A stretch of 63,921 nucleotides of DNA, filler included, from Licmophora abbreviata (taxonomy: Eukaryota), in assembly GCA_900291995.1 (NCBI GenBank). It is 11 parts of 11 records of this genome, joined end to end, with 100 filler letters (N's around TTAATTAATTAA, not from the genome) between each part and the next. Parts side by side here need not be neighbours in the genome. Positions count along the whole stretch, not along the records: positions 54,960 to 59,899 come from OLMU01003269.1; positions 60,000 to 62,731 come from OLMU01003273.1; positions 62,832 to 63,921 come from OLMU01003288.1; 8 more parts are not named here. One strand, given 5' to 3'. The position numbers and the translations under genes are program-made. The notes below the pieces were generated by a model, which was not told the origin of the DNA, made no database searches, and worked only from the letters and a program-made list of their open reading frames with translations. This document shows positions 56,234 to 63,921 of this stretch, piece after piece; position 1 is the stretch's first letter, and each line of letters begins with the position of its first letter.

Positions 56234-58135
56234 ATGTGGAAGTTTTCCTTGTTTGCCACTAGCGCATTCGTCTTCACTGGAACCGCAGTAGTGGCACAGT
56301 CATGCGATCTAGGTTGTCTGCATGGCGGAACTTGTGTGGAGGGACCTGCCACGTTTACGGACCACGCGACCACGTACGACAACGGCAACGAATTTGCCAT
56401 ATTCGTCGACAAGGATCTGGACAACATGCACTGCGATTGTACGGGATTATGGACAGGTATCAAGTGCGAACGTTCATTTGTTGAGTGTGACGACGGCGCA
56501 CACCAATGCTTCCATGGAGGCTTATGTATGGAGGGAAATGAAGACTTGTTTGGGACTACTCGACACATTTGCGACTGTTCCAACGCGCGTTCGGATGATA
56601 AAAAGTACGTTGGAAAGTGGTGCGAAAGAGAAGAATCCAATGCTTGTGACCAGCAAGGCGAATTCTGTGGCGACAATGGAACCTGCGTGCCTGGGACTGG
56701 TGTCATTTCCTGTGAATGTAATGGAGGATTCACGGGAGATCACTGCGAGTATGAGGCAAGTGCTGTGCCAGACTGTGATATGCAATGCGCAAGTGGAGGA
56801 CAGTGTCGCTTGGGGCCCTTGGACTTGCCGGATGATCTAGACTACACGCAGAACTTTTGGCACGGTGACAGCAATAGCACCATGCATTGCGAATGCAGAG
56901 AAGGGTACTTTGGGCTTTTGTGTGAGAGAGGAAGCATGCAATGTGGCGACAAGCACTGCTTCAATGGCGCACAGTGTATTATACATACTTCACCGGAAAA
57001 CGTGTCAGAGAATTATTGCAACTGCACTCCTGCAAACACGGTATCAAAGAATTTCGCAGGGAAGCACTGTCAGTACGAGGCGGTCGGATTCTGTGACTTT
57101 GAAGGGCAGCCTGGACAGCTCTACTGTGTCAACGATGGAGAGTGTCCAGACAATCAGTGAGTATTAGCTTTTGGCGGGAAGCGCTACAATCTCAACTTTT
57201 CTCACTCTAACCCATCGATCGATGATACCGTCGTCGTATTACAGAGAGGATGGGTGCATATGCCCAGACGGCTACAGTGGCGCGCGATGCGAGTTTCACA
57301 AGGACGAAGAAGATATCGAGGAGTACAAGGATTGCACGACGAAGTGTGATAATGGCGGAAAATGTGTCAAGGGGGTGAAGGATCACGGGCCCTTGAAGTT
57401 TCATATGAATCAAATTGGGTCCATTGTCAACGAAACTGTCAATGAGAAATTCGAACATTGCCTCTGTCCAACGGGTTTTGCTGGATTGAACTGCGAACAT
57501 TCTGTGGAAACTTGTGGTGACAATCTCCACTTCTGCTTCAATGGTGGGACCTGCGTCTTAATGCCTTCAGGCAGCTACGGTTGTGATTGCTCTGACACAG
57601 ATGGCGTTGGTCAATTCTGCCAGCATCGTCCCGACGATGAGAACGTTGAGCAATGCCCATCGTCTGCGGGCTTTCCCGCGGGATCCTTCTGTACCAATGG
57701 CGGTGTGTGCGACATTCAGACAGACCCCACCGGCCAGTAAGTCTCTCGCAGCGTAAAAGTCGTATGATGCTCCTATTCTCGGCTGTTTCTTACCAATTTT
57801 GCTTATTTTGTCTCTGAAGGATTGCTCGGTACTGCGTGTGCAGTTCCAGGTATGTGGGCGATCACTGTGAGTTTCTCGACGGAACGAATGTTCCCACAAG
57901 TGAGCAGCCGTCTCGGTCCTATCAGACGACGAACAACGATCCCAACCGCAAGGTTGTCATTTCATGCGTTGTGGCTGGGGTGATTGGGCTGGTGGTTATC
58001 ATGCTGGTGGTTGCTCGCACGGAGTTTTCCAAGCCAAGGACTGAAGAAACCGCTGCGCTTGCCTCTTCTGTTGACGGTGCTTCGTCTCGCACAGACACCA
58101 CTTCGCAATTGCCTCCTGACTCTCCTGTCGTTTAG
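56234..58135 (+). CDS. EGF-like repeat single-pass membrane protein; exons 56234-57156, 57245-57736, 57820-58135
   Basis: Signal peptide; many C..GG.C...CxC..G..G..C repeats; TM VVISCVVAGVIGLVVIMLVVA; two GT-AG introns that keep frame. Confidence 0.9.
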
Positions 58136-58721
58136 GTTGGGATCCTAGCTGCATATTACGAAGTTTATGGTTTCTGGATTGAGCATCAATAGCAATTACT
58201 CCTAAGTGCTTTAGTAGGGATCTACTCGTGACGTAAGACGATCAGAAGCAGAGATGGTTTCCTCTCTGCTTTAGCTAGAGCGTCTGTTGTAGCGAGAACA
58301 ATATTGCCTGTCTCACATTCAGCTCTGGGGTATTGTCGTGGCATGGCACGATGTCGTTGAGTTTTTTCCTATTGGAACTAAGTGTCACGTGTGTGATAAT
58401 AAGCCACACGCTGGCGAGTCGAGTCATGTCCGGGGGAGTTGCTGGCGTTGTCTATATACTCCTTCGAAATGAACCATCGTATGGGCGATAGAGCTGCAAA
58501 GGCTTGTAATCTTTGTTCTAGAGCGGGACACGCGGTCAAAGAAAAAGGATAATTTACACGTCCAAGTTAGATCGTAAGCAAAAATCTACCAACCGGTCAG
58601 GTAAAATACCGGTAGTATCGACAGGAAATAGCAGCGGTTTTATCTGTCTGGTGGCATAGCGCAAAATGAGTGTCCTGCAATGGTGCTCCGTTCGTCAAAA
58701 ATTGGCCCAGACATTGTTTGT

Positions 58722-59486
58722 TTACGGTGAGCACGTTACCGTCTGTCCAAGCGGACTCCCCGATGTGACCTGGCCTTTCCACTTCTTATAGAGATCGTCA
58801 TCGCTCGAGGCCTTTCCGAGCCACCTCTTGAACTTTCCCTGGATCGCGCCCTTTCCTTTTCCAAATCGGAGAGGCGATCCCTTGGCATTGGATTGACGGC
58901 TCTTCTTGATCTTGAGGGCGCGTTCTTCGGCTTCTTTCATTTCGCCACGAGTATAGCCTTCGTCTCGCAGCCATTCTTCGCGGATATGTCTAGGAACATG
59001 CAGCTGTTCACGTCCGCGACGAGCAGGGCGGCTCTCCTCGTAGACGTCGACCTCAAAGGAGCGAGTATTCTCGTAAGCCCAGGTGATTGATAATGGGGGT
59101 CCGCTGGAGATACTCGGGTTGTCGCCCAGCGTCAAGGGATAGTCTCTGACTTCCAGACTGGAAAAGCGGATGGTCTTCACATCCTCGTTCGAGCCAGAAG
59201 AGCAAGCACCTTTGGTCTTGAGGGACTCGGTCTGTGTCTTGACCTTGAGGCAGGTCTTGAGTCCCGGCGTCGAGCGACTACCTCTTAGAGAGAGTTCGGC
59301 GCTCTCCATCGACATGGGGGCAGTCTTTTCTGATTCATCTGTCGGAAAGCTGTGGCCATCCTTCGCACGCCTCGGTCGGCCGAACAGGACCTTGCGTTTC
59401 CCCTCGGGAGCATTATCGACCTTCTTGCACTTCATTGACTTCGTCGTCGAGTTACACATTGTAGATTCTGGCATCATGCGCACCAT
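58722..59486 (-). CDS. Hypothetical basic protein with CSRNP_N-like motif
   Basis: IRFSSLEVRDYPLTLGDNPSISSGPPLSITWAY...VDVYEESR motif. Confidence 0.7.
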   Translation of the reverse strand: MVRMMPESTMCNSTTKSMKCKKVDNAPEGKRKVLFGRPRRAKDGHSFPTDESEKTAPMSMESAELSLRGSRSTPGLKTCLKVKTQTESLKTKGACSSGSNEDVKTIRFSSLEVRDYPLTLGDNPSISSGPPLSITWAYENTRSFEVDVYEESRPARRGREQLHVPRHIREEWLRDEGYTRGEMKEAEERALKIKKSRQSNAKGSPLRFGKGKGAIQGKFKRWLGKASSDDDLYKKWKGQVTSGSPLGQTVTCSP

Positions 59487-59899
59487 GAAACTTTTGTGAC
59501 TGGCTCACACTGGTTCACAAGGAGTGCAACACGCGCCGACACAGCACGAGCAAGCTGTTCGGATTGTGGCCCACGCAGAATTTCCGACCGAAGCGTGTTC
59601 GATCCGCGGATTTTGGTAGGTTGTGAAGTTCCTGCGAGTTCGACGATGTACACAAACTTGGGACTCCGATTGCTGTGTTGGATTTTCATTAAATAAACTT
59701 GTCGCAGACGCACGTCACAAACGACAAAGGCAATTTCGGGCAAACGCACGCGACGTGGATACATTGAACATCGGTAGACGTACCAACGTGCGATAGATGT
59801 CTGACATGCCGTGCGACACACGGCGGCGCGCGCGGCCTAAAAGAGAACATTCAATCCAGTTCAAGCGCCGCGTTGTGCAAGTGTTGTCGAAGTAGGTTG

Positions 59900-59999
59900 N
59901 NNNNNNNNNNNNNNNNNNNNNNNNNNNNNNNNNNNNNNNNNNNTTAATTAATTAANNNNNNNNNNNNNNNNNNNNNNNNNNNNNNNNNNNNNNNNNNNN
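59900..59999. other. Artificial assembly gap linker
   Basis: 44 N + TTAATTAATTAA + 44 N. Confidence 0.98.
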
Positions 60000-60565
60000 G
60001 AAGAAGCCCTCACTCTTCTCCAAGCGAAGACGAAAATCAACTTTCGCTTGAATGTTTATCAGGGTTTACTTCTAGAGAGCAATTGAATGGATGTAAATCG
60101 CTAGACTGGATCAATCTGCTGTGACAATTCATTCTTCGAGGCTAGATCTGACTGTTTTGCAAAATAACCTGAACAAAACATGTCGTTGTCAACGCTTTTT
60201 CTCATGTCAGGTTATCTTGCATAGCTTATCGGTAAGATTATTTTCAAGATACTGGTACGAGTGACCGGCCATTGCACTGCTGGACTACGAACACAGACAG
60301 ACAAATTCATATCAAACATCTTCTTGCTCGTCTAGCGTAGTTTAAAATTAAATTTGAAAGGATCGATCAACAAATAGTAACCGAAGACACAAGAACGATG
60401 ACATATCGCGACACAAAAAGACGCCACGCAACGTGACAACCTACAACTAGGCATGGACGGCTAGGGTGACCTAGATCAGCCAAACACTTCGGAAAGGGCG
60501 CCACAGGCGCTTTCACTATATGTGCAAGTCTCATCATCAGTAGTAGTTTAAATGAAGAGCTACTA

Positions 60566-61795
60566 CTATCTGGTACGAGGCAGTAGCAAATTGAAATTCT
60601 GCAAAAAGCTCTGTTGCAATCGCACTTTCTCTTCAGTTGTACAGAATGCATGCTCGATGGATTGAGTGATAATGCTTCTTATGTCATCTCGTCGTAAACC
60701 GAATGCTAGAGCTGTAAGAAGAAGCTCTTGCGAAACGGTTGTGCCGAAGACTCCAGGATCGTCAGTGCATACGGAGATCGGGTATCCGGCCTTTATCCAT
60801 TTGTTTTGTTGCGGATGCCGACGGAGCCCTTCAACAAGGTTTCCATGAAAGTGCTTGGCCAACTCAAGTGTCATGACATTACTAGTGGGGCAACATTCAA
60901 TCGGAATCTTGAGCTGGTCAAGTTGAGCATTGAGTGATGGCGGAAGCAGAAGAGCGTGGCCTAGCCGATCTGGTTGGAAATCGATGACGGCCTCAGCGTC
61001 TCGATAGGCTCGTGTTTTGAAGCTACCAGCTTCCTTGCATTGTATTTCGCCTACGTGAATTGTCGTTCGGAGGCCAGCTGTATCCCTTGCAAGGTGAAAC
61101 GCAGCCTCAAAATCTTGGAACTCGTTCTTCAAAGGGTTCCCTCCTAGATCAACGGCAACGAGCGTAGATTGGTAGCGCTCTTCTCTCGCTAGTTCTACGG
61201 CAAGACGCGCGTGCTCCATGGCATCGTCGACAGTGCCAGCCCGATCTATCGAGACAATGAGCTTCGACAGGAGAGGCAAACGCGCGGGGCTTGATTGGTC
61301 GGCATTGGAGCAATGTGTCTGGTACCTTGCTTCTTCCTCGGCGGTGAAAGCCTGCAGCTCCATCATCACAGTTTCTAGGTAGTCTCTCTTGGTGGCGAGC
61401 ATTGAATCCTTCCAATTTCGGCGAAGCGTTTTGGGGGTAGACCTCAGCTCAAGGTAGGCGACCCTTTCCCTTGCGAAAGCTTCGAGGGCTTCCCTGGTGA
61501 CCCGTCGAAGGGCTTCTAGGTCATTGACAATCGTTGCTATTTCCCCGAACATCGCAAAACAATCATTTAGAGAACGTGGCTTGACATTGTAGAGCAGAGA
61601 CTCTCCATTGTTGCAAGGCGGTGGAGGCGCAAAGTGATACGACGATACATTGACACCCCGCTCCGCGGCTAACTCAAACAACGTCTTTTCGGAGATGCAT
61701 CCGTTCAAATGGGCGTGCAATTCGAGTTTTGGACACTGCTGACAGAAATCTTTCAACGTTTCATACTCTTCAGGGATACCAGGTACTGTTATCAT
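60566..61795 (-). CDS. ADAL: Adenosine deaminase-like protein (ADAL/MAPDA, N6-methyl-AMP deaminase)
   Basis: PKLELHAHLNG, YLELRSTPK, VSIDR, DLGGNP, TIHVGE, RLGHA, ECCPTSN, CTDDPGVF. Confidence 0.88.
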   Translation of the reverse strand: MITVPGIPEEYETLKDFCQQCPKLELHAHLNGCISEKTLFELAAERGVNVSSYHFAPPPPCNNGESLLYNVKPRSLNDCFAMFGEIATIVNDLEALRRVTREALEAFARERVAYLELRSTPKTLRRNWKDSMLATKRDYLETVMMELQAFTAEEEARYQTHCSNADQSSPARLPLLSKLIVSIDRAGTVDDAMEHARLAVELAREERYQSTLVAVDLGGNPLKNEFQDFEAAFHLARDTAGLRTTIHVGEIQCKEAGSFKTRAYRDAEAVIDFQPDRLGHALLLPPSLNAQLDQLKIPIECCPTSNVMTLELAKHFHGNLVEGLRRHPQQNKWIKAGYPISVCTDDPGVFGTTVSQELLLTALAFGLRRDDIRSIITQSIEHAFCTTEEKVRLQQSFLQNFNLLLPRTR

Positions 61796-62369
61796 TCTTG
61801 CTCCTATTTGCTTCAACTCGGATTTTTTGCGGCATTCGCTGTGAGATCTTTAATGGAAGACCAACTCAAGTCTACAATACGTCCGGTGTCCCAGGACACC
61901 GCGGCATCAAGCTCTGTCGACGGTCAGGCATTTCCATCTACGTGTTTGCAAGCTCAGAAATAAGAGAGCTCAAAGGGGGGTCCTACGTTAACAATATTAA
62001 CAATAGCTGGCAGCGGTAGGAAGTGAAGAGACAGAGACTTCCGAGACGGCGGAGGGGCACAGGTGCAGTTAGGATGGGCACCAAGGCAGCGCGTGGGTGC
62101 CCTTTTTGCTGATCTTCCTGAAAAAGGTGGGGAGTATTTTTTGTAGTACTACTGGTCTGGTAGAGTTCCAAGACGTCATAAACCATGTATATACGATTGT
62201 ACCTGTAAGAGGTGAGAGCATACCACCATACTGCAACTTCGCATCGGAGTCTTGGGGCGAAGAGGCCGATGCGACGAAAAGGTCATCATAAGTAGTAAGG
62301 AGGGCCATCAGTCGTACCTGGTCGTGTGCACATAAAAAACTCATTTTGCAATCCTCTCTGTGCTAGTAG

Positions 62370-62731
62370 CTAGTGGACTGCTAGTCTACGGGAGCATTCT
62401 TTGTAAAAGGGGCGGGCTGTGCGAAGGGCGGCTGTCGAGCCGTAGCTCTCGCCACCAAACGAGACCACGACGTCAGACTCCCCAATCAGATACCAGTCCA
62501 AAAATGCTTCCGCAAAGTCTGCAGTCGAAGGCTCCCGACCTGTTCGAGTATGTATACCCCGCGAGGGACTCGTCAACACCTCTCTCTTTGGAAGAACACC
62601 GGGCTTTAGTGACCGACCAGGAAGGTCCTTTCCATCGAACATTTCTGTGATCCGGTCCTTGACAAAAGGAGAGTCGGAGAGCACAACCCATACAACACGG
62701 CGAATGGTGGCATTAGTATTCTCCAAGAAGA
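62370..62731 (-). CDS. C-terminal fragment of a probable GT-B fucosyltransferase-like protein (5' lost in gap)
   Basis: WVVLSDSPFVK...IHT...AFLDWYLIGESDVVV...SYGSTAALR resembles fucosyltransferase GDP-fucose-binding motifs. Confidence 0.6.
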
Positions 62732-62831
62732 NNNNNNNNNNNNNNNNNNNNNNNNNNNNNNNNNNNNNNNNNNNNTTAATTAATTAANNNNNNNNNNNNN
62801 NNNNNNNNNNNNNNNNNNNNNNNNNNNNNNN
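62732..62831. other. Artificial assembly gap linker
   Basis: 44 N + TTAATTAATTAA + 44 N. Confidence 0.98.
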
Positions 62832-63234
62832 CTACGGCAGGGCTGGCGAATACCGAGCGAGCCATGCACCTTTCGATGTGAGTTTCAAATCCAATATATT
62901 TTTATCTTCGTACATGAAGACACCAAAAGTGGTGGCCGTCTGAGATCCAAGGATTCATTCATCCCAAAAAAATGCCAGATTCCTTCGGTGATGGAGGATG
63001 CTAGAAACGCCTCATTCCACATTCCCACGATGACAATGACGACGACCACACCATTCACACGCGATGACGATGATATTGAATATCTATCGGTACCACCTCG
63101 CTTTGTTACTGTAGTCATAGGATCCTGCTTTTCTAGCTGTTATATATTCGTTCGCGCTATCATAGTCCACCTTGGTGTCTTTCTCTACTGGCAGGCTTTT
63201 CGTCTTCTCTCGCTCTCTTCCATCATGACACGCT

Positions 63235-63921
63235 CTACACGCAAGGCTCCGGCTTGCAGCTGACACCTTCAAACAACTCGACCATGGTCACAGCCTTGTG
63301 CGATGGGACGCACTCTTCCTCTCCTCCATCTCCCTCACTGTCAATCATCACATAGACACCTTCCACCATGGTACCATTCTTCAGTTCATAGTCACATCCA
63401 CACGTGCACGGCTCGCACGACGCTCCGCAGCAACCGCACTCATCCTCGATCACCGCACGGTCGCTCGAGACACAGACGCTGGCTTCGACCGTCTCGACGA
63501 CTTCTTCGCTGCTGAGATCTTCCACACTGTCTCCTTCATCACTGTCCATTGCCCAGCGACGAGGAACACTACTCTTGGGTTTGGGCAAATCACGACACAC
63601 GTAAATGCCCTCGGCAGCTTCTTCTTCTTCTTCTTCTTCTTCGCTTTCACCTTCTTCGCTTTCACCTTCTTCTTCGCTAGACGAGGATGGGCGAAACTTG
63701 TTGCGGTGACGACGACGCACCGGACACTGCACGAGATTCTCTCCTGCGCAACCGAGGTCGATAAAGTCAACGTCTTCTCCGTTCAGACCGAGAGGACCAC
63801 CACCACGACCGCCACCACGACCTCGTCCATCACGACGGTTGAAGAGACCTCCGAGGCGTTGAGCTTCCACAGTCGTAGTAGTAGACTCAAAGGCGAACAT
63901 GGCGAGGACGGTGGCAATGAT
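63235..63921 (-). CDS. Secreted Cys-rich protein with Gly/Arg-rich and Ser/Glu-rich tracts (5' end beyond the window)
   Basis: Hydrophobic IIATVLAMFAF...VEA signal-like start; GRGGGRGGG; SSSSEEEGESEEGESEEEEEEEE; CGCCGASCEPCTCGC. Confidence 0.7.
   Translation of the reverse strand: MIATVLAMFAFESTTTTVEAQRLGGLFNRRDGRGRGGGRGGGPLGLNGEDVDFIDLGCAGENLVQCPVRRRHRNKFRPSSSSEEEGESEEGESEEEEEEEEAAEGIYVCRDLPKPKSSVPRRWAMDSDEGDSVEDLSSEEVVETVEASVCVSSDRAVIEDECGCCGASCEPCTCGCDYELKNGTMVEGVYVMIDSEGDGGEEECVPSHKAVTMVELFEGVSCKPEPCV

Noticed and set aside
61983..62344. Short ORFs between ADAL and the fucosyltransferase-like fragment
   Set aside because: No recognisable motifs or convincing splice links
21087..62831. 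Ten identical TTAATTAATTAA motifs as a biological repeat or CRISPR-like array
   Set aside because: Each is centred in exactly 44+44 Ns and gives stops in all six frames; it is an artificial gap linker

Overview
Gene-dense eukaryotic nuclear DNA, most consistent with a diatom (stramenopile alga). The evidence is short GT-AG introns, bipartite signal-peptide+Phe plastid presequences and diatom-typical protein families; the species cannot be named. The window is a scaffold broken by ten artificial 100-nt gap linkers (44 N + TTAATTAATTAA + 44 N). About 35 protein-coding genes or fragments are supported. Housekeeping genes: BT1 folate transporter, pseudouridine synthase, NEMF/Rqc2, REX1-like exonuclease, a 6-exon MAT1 largely missed by the ORF track, DDX27/Drs1, alpha-COP, Golgi alpha-mannosidase II, PP4 catalytic subunit, MRG15/Eaf3, OTU deubiquitinase, ADAL/MAPDA. 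Accessory genes: tandem Golgi-type sulfotransferases, a secreted 2OG-Fe(II) oxygenase, an ERG4-type sterol reductase head-to-head with an orphan His-box desaturase, an ICMT/PEMT-family protein, an AA5 copper radical oxidase and an EGF-repeat membrane protein. Three genes carry single-base frameshifts, probably assembly errors. No rRNA, tRNA, CRISPR array or intact transposon was seen. The most notable unexplained signals are a recurrent intergenic palindrome TACC-N(0-2)-GGTA, a second intergenic motif TGACTCGACTC, and the putative sterol/lipid-modifying gene neighbourhood at 39.4-45.2 kb. All assignments come from reading the sequence; no database searches were run.
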